A program made the translations under genes and the position numbers. This document shows, piece after piece, positions 55,601 to 63,600 of a stretch of DNA of 64,000 bases. The stretch covers positions 15,314 to 79,313 of the forward strand of contig MFQN01000003.1 in the NCBI GenBank assembly GCA_001783065.1, given 5' to 3'. Every line of letters starts with the position of its first letter. Positions within the stretch are counted from its first letter, which is position 1. The stretch is from Candidatus Magasanikbacteria bacterium RIFCSPLOWO2_12_FULL_43_12. Lineage in GTDB: Bacteria; Patescibacteriota; Patescibacteriia; Magasanikbacterales; UBA922. The notes under the pieces are model-generated. The model did not search any database. It was given only the letters and a program-made list of their open reading frames with translations, and was not told the DNA's origin.

Positions 55601-56778
55601 CCGCCGTTCATGTATATTGGCGTGGGCGACCCGCCGCCACTGATATATCCGCCATTGCCGTTATTTATAAAAGACTTGTTATTTATCATCTTTCCCGTGC
55701 TATCCGTGTCATCGCTGGAAAACAAATCAAGCAAACCATCACCGGTTACGTCGGCAATCCGTTGTCCTTTGTCTTGATACCCCACCCAAGACCCCCAATC
55801 CGGCGCGTAATAACCGTCAAATTTCCAACCCTTTTCTTTTTGTTGGTAGGTGAATGTCGTCGGCGGCAATGTGATGATATTCCCGTTCTTATTTCCGGAT
55901 TCAATTATGCCGCCAAGCAAGGATCGCTTATTATTATCACCGATCACGTAACTGAAATCATATTTCCTCACCCATTCTCCATTAGCCTTTACCGTAATAT
56001 TTGAAATTCTATATTGCGTGCGGATTTTAAAACCGGCATTATACATAACCGCGGTGTCCGCGCGCGCCTCGCGATTGAAAATCACTTCAAAAATGCCGTC
56101 TTCCGTGTTATGCCCGGTATAGACAATCCGCTCCGGATATATTTGTCCGCTGTCTTTAAAATATTCGTATTTAACAAAATTGTCATTAGTGTCGCGAATT
56201 TCCTGCAACAGCCATTTATACGCGTGGCTGGCGTTGTTCGCGTCGTCTTGACGCGCGGCCGCGTCATTGCCGAAAGTATAAACCGCGCCGGTTTTATCCG
56301 TAACCACCCATTTATTATTAATCAACGCGTAATTTAAAAAGTCGCCGGTTTCCACCTTGGCGCCGTATTGCCCGTTGGCGCCATCCGTCAAATTTATTGG
56401 AATGATTTCTCCGGACAAACTGGAATAAAAATAATTTTCCGTATAAAGTTTATCAACTCCTTTTTTGGGTAATCTTTGGATATACGGAATGGAAAAAGAC
56501 CAGCCATACCCAGCGATATTTGACTGGTCTTCGTCTTGGTTGTTATATTGCAGTTTCAAATCCGGCTGCAGCCCGTTTCTGCCGGGCGGAATAACGATAT
56601 CTTGATCAAAAATAAAAGCGCCCGATTGAGCGCCTGCGGTTATCTCCGGCAGTTCTGATTTTATTTCGGTGGAAGCGCGATAAACATACCCGCCATCAGC
56701 CGCTTGAACCATGTTTAAGGGCAAAAATACCAATAGCAAAAATAAAATAATCGGATACGATTTTTTATTCTTCCACAT
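49606..56778 (-). CDS. RHS/YD-repeat polymorphic toxin: signal peptide, FG-GAP-like repeats, YD repeats, two ~230-aa internal duplications, RHS core, C-terminal barnase/RNase-Sa-like ribonuclease domain
   Basis: 2390 aa. Signal peptide MWKNKKSYPIILFLLLVFLPLNMVQA. Repeats DVTGDGLLDLF/DVNGDGMLDFVY/DINGDGLADIL/DVNGDGLEDFVY. YD repeats (YTYDALKRVKTIT..., YGYDGNDNLVKITDALGNVRNFGYDGLGRRLS). Core end ...LNARYYDGVRGKFLSQDP...DPQSFNSYAYARNNPIMYQDQNGE. Tip ...GHYQKWDTTPNQGNRTAERLVTGKNGEMYYTNTHYGEQ resembles the barnase/RNase Sa active-site region. Confidence 0.85.
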   Translation of the reverse strand: MWKNKKSYPIILFLLLVFLPLNMVQAADGGYVYRASTEIKSELPEITAGAQSGAFIFDQDIVIPPGRNGLQPDLKLQYNNQDEDQSNIAGYGWSFSIPYIQRLPKKGVDKLYTENYFYSSLSGEIIPINLTDGANGQYGAKVETGDFLNYALINNKWVVTDKTGAVYTFGNDAAARQDDANNASHAYKWLLQEIRDTNDNFVKYEYFKDSGQIYPERIVYTGHNTEDGIFEVIFNREARADTAVMYNAGFKIRTQYRISNITVKANGEWVRKYDFSYVIGDNNKRSLLGGIIESGNKNGNIITLPPTTFTYQQKEKGWKFDGYYAPDWGSWVGYQDKGQRIADVTGDGLLDLFSSDDTDSTGKMINNKSFINNGNGGYISGGGSPTPIYMNGGDNGVRLGDVNGDGMLDFVYGKIQDNVAQPTKVFIKKIGQDSWVMDANYNSPALFINISPTNGILDNCVRLADINGDGLADILKYTPWIQGIFINKGNGAWESSSEHSLPPSYYMCSQMNSPYETVIMDVNGDGLEDFVYSGFVTVSDSGTQVLPKASTCLNIDGGKNYDCSYSLDTPYLGGGIPGTYDGANSFLDINGDGLVDFARGNGLKATDPLVVYMNKGDGAGWAYDSTQTIPTSFLKDSGGGNNLDNGWRVIDVNGDGLSDFLRLGGEGGNGVYLNKGAKADLLIRVDHSKGAITEVTYQTAQMFKKTDGSQANPKLPFMVYVADKIATDDGLGNKATTSYQYEGGKYYFNNYLDKRFAGFQMVAKTDALGNVTKQYFHQGDETDSALGEYVDHPAKINLMYREDILDGSGKLQAKTLNKFGLADLGNNRSFVFNSETIKKSFDSAGAEKAGAESFAYNNSNGNLTKKTEWGEVSAPNNGAIADVGADARIHTYSYAGNGANIIALLSQEIVTDSSGVKIRETISYYDNLPFGQASIGNKTKEKNWISGNQYADNQKTYNNFGLAVKSYDGNNNLTTMIYDANNLYPAAIANSLGQTVKYQYDYAVGKPKQIIDANNYAYETSFDPLGRVKQERIPDASNPTALVVSAEYFYTDNTNPRAVQTKKYLDDANAVDSFSYINGLDKTIQERTEVEDGFSVEDFAYNKLGMVESETLAYFSVGSAQTAPTINTNLYTTYTYDALKRVKTITNAVGTTANNYFNWKVSTIDAKGNTKDYYNDAFGRLIQVTEKITNPALANYHTYYGYDGNDNLVKITDALGNVRNFGYDGLGRRLSAQDSHAPGDFTFGIWNYTYDNNGNLKNQTDPKNQIVAYNYDSLNRKITEDTAAQAGVEVTYTYDAGCANGIGRLCGVKNSGANTSYDYNALGQIAKETKDIDAIDYVTQYTYDRAGNVKSTIYPDNSEVKNQYNSAGLLENISQKESTGGDFASVVNDFDYSPLGQIAYQENGNGTATTNTYDENQLHRLKHKVTTGYKQESSGATTTTTTQTFYPTAGDGYIYSSNPSWDAAHDATAGIASNYTALAATTGIIKSSKLYYIYRTFLPFDTSSIPDDAAITSASLNVYVYAKKNDDNDGDDFITLVQTSQASTTILAKEDFDQTGAINNPTEGVNSNERKDITNIAVGKYLAFNLNSTGLGWISAIGATRLGLREGHDVIDSAFTSSSSTTIQYNFLTIRTSEYSGTVQDPYLTVTYTQTTKSDSKSAVVTLQDLFYAYDTVGNITQIIDAGNLDTAKTSNYTYDDLYRLKSATITNAKNNQNYTQTYNYDAIGNILNKSDVGDYAYAQTGYTNPHAVTQVGNKTFAYDNNGNLVSDGITTYEWDYQNRLVSSGETATSPTINTAATTTTTMNFYPTAVDGSIFKSSFSWDTAHDATSGSGASATFSYLLTGPAKSTASYVIYRSFLPFDTSQIPDNATVTSASLNVFPQSITNHDNDGDDFITVVQASQASAAALSIDDFDQAGSIDNPTEGIDLSERKDLTNIITGKYLTFNFNANGRNWVSKTGATKLGLREGHDVIDSAFISSSATSTRYNYFSIFSGEYTGTTQDPYLTVTYTQSSTNTTTATVANKVTYAYDQTGQRTKKTANDTTTIYPFKHYEKDGTKTTKYIYAGNNLVATIENNNSVKYIHTDHLDSTNVTTDNQGFVTHVSDYYPYGKKRIDAGSDNTNKQFIGQYFDKESELSYLNARYYDGVRGKFLSQDPVFWRSGQNLIDPQSFNSYAYARNNPIMYQDQNGELAFLVPIIAYTTPSIIAAGTFIATQSALIGMIGNAFANRPMESSIRSTPVLGDIIDAKEAISGKDTFSGNPLSWTDRTISGLAAGVPFVAGGMVRKANEMASIGRGALPSHVQGVIEHLEGNGFKSPMQNYKGGGLFENKEGYLPQQEKGHYQKWDTTPNQGNRTAERLVTGKNGEMYYTNTHYGEQKNKGPAFLKVNKNN
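50750..52520. repeat. two ~690-nt tandem intragenic repeats in rhs (approx 50750-51440 and 51830-52520)
   Basis: Near-identical DNA (gacggtgagatacggatcttgagtggtgcc... versus gacggtaagatacggatcttgaacggtgcc...), encoding TMNFYPTAVDGSIF... and TTQTFYPTAGDGYIY... modules. Confidence 0.75.
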
Positions 56779-56840
56779 AGATTTAGAATCAACAAATCAG
56801 CCGTGAAGTTATTATACAGGTTTTAGAAAAAACGTCAAGT

Positions 56841-56945
56841 GGCTGGCAGGTTTTGTCGGCTGATTGCCGAATTTGGGGCCGACGGCGGACAGGATACGGA
56901 ATACGGATAACATTGCTCATGTGAAAACGAAAAACAAAATAATCC
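56841..56945. repeat. composite upstream element 5' of rhs: ~28 nt homologous to the coding region of the 60694..64000 gene (GATTGCCGAATTTGGGGCCGACGGCG) plus GGATAC/GGAATAC heptad repeats and an A-rich tail
   Basis: Compare 61152-61177, 57700-57725 and 58665-58760. Confidence 0.6.
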
Positions 56946-56946
56946 T

Positions 56947-57276
56947 TCATTTTAATTTCACGCCTGTCTTTTTGATTTCATAAACCAAGGGATCCTCTTC
57001 GCTGGCAAAATCCTTGACGCTGAAAAAGTGTGGTTCTATCCCGCGTTCAACATCAACAATTCTGCGTTTTTTCCACAAAAATCCCCAATCGGCATTCCCG
57101 TTGTTTTTTTTTGAAATTATGCAAACATCAATATCGCTCCATGCTCGAGCGTGATTTTTCGCGTAAGAACCAAAGAGGTAAGCTTTCTCCACTTTTAAAC
57201 CCTTATCTTCCAAATGTCGCACAAAATCCTTGGCAAATTTTTTTACTTGTCTGACGGGGTATTTTTTTTTAACCAT
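56947..57276 (-). CDS. nucleotidyltransferase (MNT-type antitoxin), pair 2
   Basis: ...AYLFGSYAKNHARAWSDIDVCIIS...; 109 aa. Confidence 0.8.
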   Translation of the reverse strand: MVKKKYPVRQVKKFAKDFVRHLEDKGLKVEKAYLFGSYAKNHARAWSDIDVCIISKKNNGNADWGFLWKKRRIVDVERGIEPHFFSVKDFASEEDPLVYEIKKTGVKLK

Positions 57277-57641
57277 AGCATTATCTCGCGTGTTAAACGA
57301 AAATATTTTTGCGTAAATTTCTTGGTTGCTTTTTTGTAAAAAGAAAATTTAAAATCATCATACCGCGCGGCGATATTAAATGTATTAATTACGGCTAAAT
57401 GCTTGGCGTATTTACCGGGTAATTTTATATTTGAGAGAATGGCTAATCTTTCTAAATCATGAGTAATTGGAAAGATTTTTTCCCTGCTTTCTAAATATTT
57501 TCCTTTGAGTAAAAGTTCTAGAACCAAATGGGAGTAAAATAAACAATCAGAATATTTGCCGCTTCCAAACAAAGACTTTGCCGTCTCCCATTTCCTCGTT
57601 GAATTAGTGGCACAATAGTTTTTTAAAGATTCAATATTCAT
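57243..57641 (-). CDS. HEPN-domain protein, pair 2
   Basis: 132 aa helical; overlaps the NTase gene by 34 nt; similar to the 41969..42358 and 58058..58459 products. Confidence 0.7.
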   Translation of the reverse strand: MNIESLKNYCATNSTRKWETAKSLFGSGKYSDCLFYSHLVLELLLKGKYLESREKIFPITHDLERLAILSNIKLPGKYAKHLAVINTFNIAARYDDFKFSFYKKATKKFTQKYFRLTREIMLWLKKNTPSDK

Positions 57642-57680
57642 ACGGGGATATTATACCAAAAAGAAGTAAAAAGTCAATGC

Positions 57681-57760
57681 TGGGCAAGTCTTGCGTGATT
57701 GGTTGCCGAATTTGGGACCGACATCAACGCAATTAGGATATGTTGTTGGACACTCGGTAT
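57681..57760. repeat. short copy of the GGTTGCCGAATTTGGGACCGAC fragment of the 60694..64000 gene
   Basis: gattggttgccgaatttgggaccgacatcaacgc. Confidence 0.55.
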
Positions 57761-57764
57761 TGTT

Positions 57765-58076
57765 TTAAACAATTTTTATCCCACTCTTTCTTGCCTCGCA
57801 AGCCATCTGAGTGCCGCGGGTTTTAAAATCATTTTCATCAATCAGAGTCGGTTCGATTCTGGAATCGGCTCTTGCGGCGAGTTTCCATAGCAACATTTTT
57901 GCGTTTAAATAATCCTTTGTTTTCTTTGAAATAATTGCCACATCAATATCGCTGTTTTTGTCCGCCTTGCCAGACGCATAAGAGCCAAACAAATAAATAT
58001 TTGAAAACAAAAAACCACTATCTCTTAAAACTTGAGCATAATTCTTAATAATTTTTTTTACTTCATTAACAGACAT
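57765..58076 (-). CDS. nucleotidyltransferase (MNT-type antitoxin), pair 3
   Basis: ...IYLFGSYASGKADKNSDIDVAIIS...; 103 aa. Confidence 0.8.
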   Translation of the reverse strand: MSVNEVKKIIKNYAQVLRDSGFLFSNIYLFGSYASGKADKNSDIDVAIISKKTKDYLNAKMLLWKLAARADSRIEPTLIDENDFKTRGTQMACEARKSGIKIV

Positions 58077-58459
58077 AATCTTTTGTGCATTTTTTTAATT
58101 TTTGGTAAAAATTTATCCGCGTATGTTTTGTTGCACAGCTTATAAAAATCGAATTTTTCTTCTGGGTACCGGCCGGCCATATTAAATTCATTGACTATGG
58201 ATAAAAAATCTAATTCGTCCGGACTAAGCGTAATTCTAGCCAGCTCGGCAAGCCGGCGCAAGTTATGAATTCTCGGAGCGTAATCCTTAGTTTTTTCAAT
58301 AACTAACGCTTTGAGCGCTTTTTCCAAGACAAGATACCCAAAAAACAGACACGCCGAATATCGTTTGCTTTTACACAAACTTAACATTGTCTTGTAATCA
58401 TATGCCATTCCGTTTTTCCAGAAGACGATGGATTTCCTAACTGAAGATTGATTAATCAT
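58058..58459 (-). CDS. HEPN-domain protein, pair 3
   Basis: 133 aa; overlaps the NTase gene by 19 nt. Confidence 0.7.
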   Translation of the reverse strand: MINQSSVRKSIVFWKNGMAYDYKTMLSLCKSKRYSACLFFGYLVLEKALKALVIEKTKDYAPRIHNLRRLAELARITLSPDELDFLSIVNEFNMAGRYPEEKFDFYKLCNKTYADKFLPKIKKMHKRLCLLMK

Positions 58460-58499
58460 AGTCGCAATATATTAAATATACCCTGATTCCCTCTAAAAG

Positions 58500-58760
58500 T
58501 CAAATCAATGTATCAATCAATGTTTTATCTTTGAATTTCTCAACTTTCACTGCCGAACCATTGTCAACGTCGCAAGTATAATTAAATATGCGAACGACCG
58601 GAGTGTCTTTGCCCGTCCGCCATCCGGCTTGAGCCGTCAGGCGATTGCCGTGCGGACAGGTTTTGTTGGGCTGGTTGCCGAATTTGGGACCGACGGCGAA
58701 CAGAATGCAGGATACAGATAACAGGATACATTTTGGAGAAATAAAAAACAAAAAACTACT
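58500..58760 (-). pseudogene. duplicated 3'-fragment of the large Cys-rich protein gene (alternative C-terminal piece ...VGPKFGNQPNKTC...RIFNYTCDVDNG...) followed by the GGATAC-repeat leader
   Basis: 58560-58690 is homologous to 61020-61177 with a 45-nt GC-rich insertion; the ORF has no 5' part or start context. Confidence 0.65.
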
Positions 58761-58778
58761 TATTGATAGTAGTTTTTT
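58751..58778. terminator. bidirectional terminator hairpin AAAAACTACT-TATTGAT-AGTAGTTTTT
   Basis: Downstream of the hepT stop; T-runs on both sides; similar to the 60634-60667 hairpin. Confidence 0.55.
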
Positions 58779-58796
58779 GTCTTAAAGAATTTTGTC

Positions 58797-59138
58797 CTAT
58801 CCGATCTCTTCCAGCACTTTCGTAATCTGTTTTTTTAATTGCGGAATATCTTTTCGCACCACTTCCCAGACTAAATGCAAATCCACGATAAAATATTCAT
58901 AAATCAATTTATTCCTCATGCCGGAGATTTCCTGCCAAGAAACTTTAGGAAAAGCGCGGCGCACATCATCAGGAATTTGACTTACCGCTTCGCCGATTAC
59001 CTCCAATCTGCGAATAAAAGCGTCCTGCAGAAGCTCTGACTCCAAAAAATCTTTTTTTGTTTTGCCGGCCAAATAGTCTTCAACATTGGCAATGGATTCC
59101 AAAATGTGCAATAAAAAAATTTTAGGATCTTTCTTCAT
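58797..59138 (-). CDS. hepT: HepT-like (DUF86) HEPN toxin
   Basis: 113 aa; ...RRLEVIGEAVSQIPDDVRRAFPKVSWQEISGMRNKLIYEYF... Confidence 0.75.
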   Translation of the reverse strand: MKKDPKIFLLHILESIANVEDYLAGKTKKDFLESELLQDAFIRRLEVIGEAVSQIPDDVRRAFPKVSWQEISGMRNKLIYEYFIVDLHLVWEVVRKDIPQLKKQITKVLEEIG

Positions 59139-59416
59139 AAAATACGAACCTGATCTTTTTCAACATAAGATTTTAAAAGCGGATGAACGGAACGGAATGT
59201 CACCACATCAACATCAATGCCGAGCTTGCTTCTTAAATCTTCCTCCAGTCCGACCAAACCTAACAAAGACATACCTTTGGGCGGTTTTATTAATAAATCC
59301 AAATCGCTCCCATGCTTCTGTTCATTGCGAGCGTAAGAACCAAAAATCGCCGCTTTTTGTATCTTGTGCTGTTTTAACACAGGTTTAATCTTTCTTGTGA
59401 TTGCGGTTAGTGTCAT
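59135..59416 (-). CDS. mntA: MntA-like nucleotidyltransferase antitoxin
   Basis: 93 aa; ...AAIFGSYARNEQKHGSDLDLLI...; overlaps hepT by 4 nt. Confidence 0.8.
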   Translation of the reverse strand: MTLTAITRKIKPVLKQHKIQKAAIFGSYARNEQKHGSDLDLLIKPPKGMSLLGLVGLEEDLRSKLGIDVDVVTFRSVHPLLKSYVEKDQVRIL

Positions 59417-59521
59417 ATAAATAGACTATACCAACAAACAACCGTTGTGTCAAAAAATCCCTCCTCATATAGTTGAATAAATTTTTTTATTTCCGAGACG
59501 GCTAACTCGCTAAAACGGATT

Positions 59522-59752
59522 TCAAACATAAGATGGTTTTTTTGACGCGGTGTATTGTTTTTTCCACGCAATCAAAAATTTTTTCTGGAGCTGCTCAGTG
59601 GATTCATCAATATATTTATCAAGAACATCTTTTGCCTCCGCGATTGAATACCCGTTTTTTATTGATTTTTTTTGTTTCCTTGTAGCCATATAATTTGTGA
59701 TTAATTCTAATAATATTGTACATAATTGAAAACGAAAAGTCAAACCAACCAA
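59522..59752 (-). CDS. small hypothetical protein (start probably the internal MATRKQKK)
   Basis: 76-aa ORF, Lys-rich; weak. Confidence 0.3.
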   Translation of the reverse strand: MVGLTFRFQLCTILLELITNYMATRKQKKSIKNGYSIAEAKDVLDKYIDESTEQLQKKFLIAWKKQYTASKKPSYV

Positions 59753-60006
59753 ACATCTCGCATATGTTATATTATCCGTGTCCTGTATTCTGTCGCGAAC
59801 TTATCCACACCCCACCCTTGACAAAACCAGTCAAGTTAGCATAAATCACAAAACCCGCTTGACAATCATCATTTTTTATGGTCTAATTAAATTGGATAAG
59901 TGTGTTTGTTCTTTAAATCGTTTCCCTCGTTCGCGGCTAAATGCCTTGAGCTGGGGAACAAATATTGGTTGGCTTAAAACAATCCGCATGTCTGCGGTGA
60001 GGAGTG

Positions 60007-60062
60007 TAGTTTTTCTTTCGTCCCTCCCCCTCGTAGGGGGAGGCAGGAGGGGGTCTCAACGA
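60007..60062. repeat. GC-rich palindromic element, copy 6 (intergenic)
   Basis: CCCTCCCCCTCGTAGGGGGAGG CAGGAGGGGGTCTCAACGAG. Confidence 0.75.
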
Positions 60063-60159
60063 GTGTTATCACACTAAAAGAAAAAACTCTACTCCCCGCC
60101 GCAGACTAAGTTAGTCCGCACGCGGGTCGCGTCCCATTTCGGGACAAAGGAGGTGCGCC

Positions 60160-60570
60160 ATGGTGCGTTTCAACTGGCTGCTCGCCGCTCTTGCGTGCGC
60201 CATTCTCGGCGCAACTCTCCTCGCGTCCTGCGATTCCGAGGGCGTTATCGCGCCCGACCCCACCTGTCAGGACCCGGCGTCCTGTCCTTACTCGCTCAAC
60301 TCGAGCAAGGATATCGTGTCCTCCACGGACACGGAACAGGAGGGCTCCCAGCCCGACATCGAGCAACCCGCTCCCCCGCCCGCCCCGGACTACACAGGGG
60401 AACCTTGTCCCAACATTGGGTGTGTACTCACCAAGGCACCCCCAGACGAACCTAACGAATGGGACTGTGGCGAACCGCCTGACTTCCCGCCTGACTCCAT
60501 GATCATCACAGGCATTCCCACCGCCTGGGTGCCGGCCAAATGCGGCATCCCCGAGCCAACCAACGAGTAG
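60160..60570 (+). CDS. small Pro/Cys-rich lipoprotein encoded in a GC-rich (>60%) islet
   Basis: Strong SD (AAAGGAGGTGCGCC ATG). Signal peptide plus lipobox MVRFNWLLAALACAILGATLLASC. 136 aa. The antisense ORF 60106..60582 was rejected. Confidence 0.6.
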   Translation: MVRFNWLLAALACAILGATLLASCDSEGVIAPDPTCQDPASCPYSLNSSKDIVSSTDTEQEGSQPDIEQPAPPPAPDYTGEPCPNIGCVLTKAPPDEPNEWDCGEPPDFPPDSMIITGIPTAWVPAKCGIPEPTNE

Positions 60571-60633
60571 CCTGCGCTCCATCTTCCAGCAGGCATCTCA
60601 AAAGAATTTTGTAAAAACAAAATTCTTTAAGAC

Positions 60634-60667
60634 AAAAAACTACCATTTATTGAGGTAGTTTTTTGTT
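60634..60667. terminator. bidirectional terminator hairpin AAAAAACTACC-ATTTATTGA-GGTAGTTTTTT
   Basis: Between the convergent lipoprotein gene and the large minus-strand gene. Confidence 0.6.
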
Positions 60668-60693
60668 TTTTATCCCCCATTTCCATTTATCTC

Positions 60694-63600
60694 TCAATCT
60701 CCTGGTGCCACCACAATAATATTATCAAAATTTACCCATTGATAAATTCCTACTTGTTTATTTTCCAAAGCACACTGATCATTTGTTTCTGATAAATCTG
60801 TTGTATTCCACGGATACTCATTATAACACCCAGTGGACTTTTTGCTTACAGACGGTAACTGCAAATCCTTATACGTCTTATCACACTCTCCCGTACACCA
60901 CCCCCAATTATCCAACACCTGAACACGAGGCTGAAAGACGCAGACCAAATCATCATTTTCGTAGCCTTTGTCAATTAAGAAGTTGTACCATTTCTTACCT
61001 AAACTTTCGTCTATGGATATGCCGGCAAGGTTTATGGAGTTATTAGTGACTGTTTTGAAATCTTTAACTGCCACTGCCTGGCCATTGTCAACATCGCAAG
61101 TATAATTAAATATGCGAATGACCGGAGAATCTTTGCAGGTTTTGTTGGGTTGGTTGCCGAATTTGGGGCCGACGTCTTCACATTCGTACCATTCAACAAA
61201 ATTGTCTAAATTAATTTTTGATGACGGACATTCATTCTCATTATTACATGTTTGACCTGGATAAATCTCCAAAGCCGTGCCATCTTTATAGTAATTCACA
61301 CACTCTTTTGCCTTTCCACTATTGTCACCGCAATACGGTTTGTAATTTGTGTAATAACCCTGCGAAATGCCGGAGATTGTGTTATCCGGCTTGCCGTAGC
61401 CTTTCTCTTGCCAATCAACCATAATCCGGCGCAAAGGCATTTGGTTGTGGTCGGCCCAGGCGAAGAATTGGACTTGCGCCATTTTTGTCTTAATGCCGAA
61501 TAGTTTGTCATCAACTTTGTTCTTGATGATGCCATTTACGGAAAATCCCTGTTCTTTGCTATCTAATTTACATTTTTGTCCAACACAATCAACCGCCGGA
61601 TAAATTTTGGGTGGGGTGCCATTGACTGAAGCATAATCGCCAAATAACATTTGATTTTCAGCGTTCTTGGTAAACGGCTCTTGAGCAATACCCCACCCAT
61701 AAGGATTATACGTTTTAGCGCTGGTGAGCATCCTGTATGCCCGTTCGTATATAGTAGCAAACAGCCAATTCAAGATATCATGTTTGGGTTCAATAATTTC
61801 AGGCGAATTATCTTCAGTCCAATCGTCCTGTACTTCTTCATCTCGATTATAACCGGAACTTTTACCTAACCAATCCTCACTTAAGGTACACCAACCATTA
61901 AACTTGACTTTGGCTGTTGACTCAAATGATTGCAAGCACTGCCATGGCGTGCCGGCATGCAAAATGTCGTTGGTTGGATTGGGATATAAATAACACCATG
62001 GATTGTCCGCATCGCAATTGTCAAGATTATTAAATCGTGCAGAGCCAAACGGAGCGGCATCGGCGCCATAATCAACATTATTCACTTTTTGTTTTGCCGC
62101 GAATTTTCCGTACGGCCAGACATTATCCGTGTAAGCTTTATTTTTACCATCCAAATCAACAACTTTTACCGCTTCCACGCACATCGGCTTAAGAGTGAAA
62201 ATAACCGCCATTGCATAACCGAACTCATCGCCATCATCAGCATCCAGCTCTTCGCAATTACGTGAACGGTAACCGATAAATTTTCCCGTCTCTTTATCAA
62301 ATAAAATTTCCACCGCGATAAAATGATTATCATCTTCTTTGCCTGTCTTACAATCAACATCTGATTTCCCACTCTTGCTTGCCAATGGATCAACTAAATA
62401 AGTGTTCGCGTTCACATATTCTTCTATGGCAGACGAGTCTCCGGTTGTCGGATCCTCGCCATACAACGGATCCATAGCCATCCATTGTAAGAGGTATCCT
62501 TCTACTGGGTTATTATTATTCAATTTATCGGTTTTGTGCTCCGTCTTCATCGTCCAATATTTGCAAAAACTGCAATTTCCCATTGCCGCGCTTTTTTTCA
62601 TATCAAGGTTAACTGATTCGCCCAAAACATTCGGGTAATCCTTGTCTAAATAAATCGTCAGCGGCATGCCCATGCCGGGCACCACCGGATCGTCCACACC
62701 ATCATCACCGTTTTCACTCAACCACAGCGGCACAAAAGAAACCGCGTAAATCATGTCTTTTGTTAAAAGTGTTTCTGCTTTGTTTGGCCCGTGACGTAAA
62801 ATTCCGCTATCATGGTCCTCCACAGCCACGGTCTCAATCTTAAACCCATCGTTATTTTGATACACCACCGCTTTAGATGGCGTAAAATAATCATTGTTAC
62901 CCGGCGGCCACTCCACATCAGGAAATAAAGCGGCGTATGGTTTTGTTTTTTCAGGCTCTTTCGGACTATAGCCGCCTGTCGCCATTGCGGTGGCAAAATA
63001 GATGGAATTTTTCTTTAACAATTGCCCTAAGGTGTTATCCTCATAACCGTAATTATCGTCCCATTTGCCGCCCGCCCTATCCCACATCCAATCATTTTCA
63101 GCTGAATCAGGAAGGTAACTCCAGCCGCTATTATCCGGAATAGTGCCATAGCCGTTATCCTTGGCCGGCGTTACTGCCACATCCACACGACTTATGTAAT
63201 GGTATGTCCCTACGGAATTAAATCCATCGGTAGTAAAACCATTAAGACTGCCGGATAATAATCCTATCATCTGCCAGGCACTTTGTTGAATTTTTTCAAA
63301 ACCAAAAGATTCTGGTGATAAATTATAAACACCGCCTCCGCTGAAATTTCCATTATCGCACAGATTGTAACCCAACTTGTCATTACTTGACCATTTCTTC
63401 GTTAAATCGCAATCAAACTCCAAATCCGGACTCAATCCTCCCACCCCCAGCATCTCGGTGCAATACGCCCGTCCCGGACTGCCCTTGCCGGTCGGCGGAA
63501 CATAACCGATTGATGGATCGCTGTAATAAATATCAAACAAACCCGGAACATAATCCAGAGGCAGCCAAGTCAGACAGGCGAAAGCGTCCGGCGCGTCGTC

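Noticed and set aside
58500-58751. Treating ORF 58500..58751 as an independent gene
   Set aside because: It is a duplicated 3' fragment of the 60694..64000 gene with no 5' region; called a pseudogene or cassette instead.
60106-60620. Minus-strand ORFs 60106..60582 and 60390..60620 and plus ORFs 60153..60455 and 60191..60502 in the GC-rich islet
   Set aside because: All are Arg/Gly/Pro-rich products of high-GC sequence. Only the 60160..60570 frame has an SD, a signal peptide and a lipobox.
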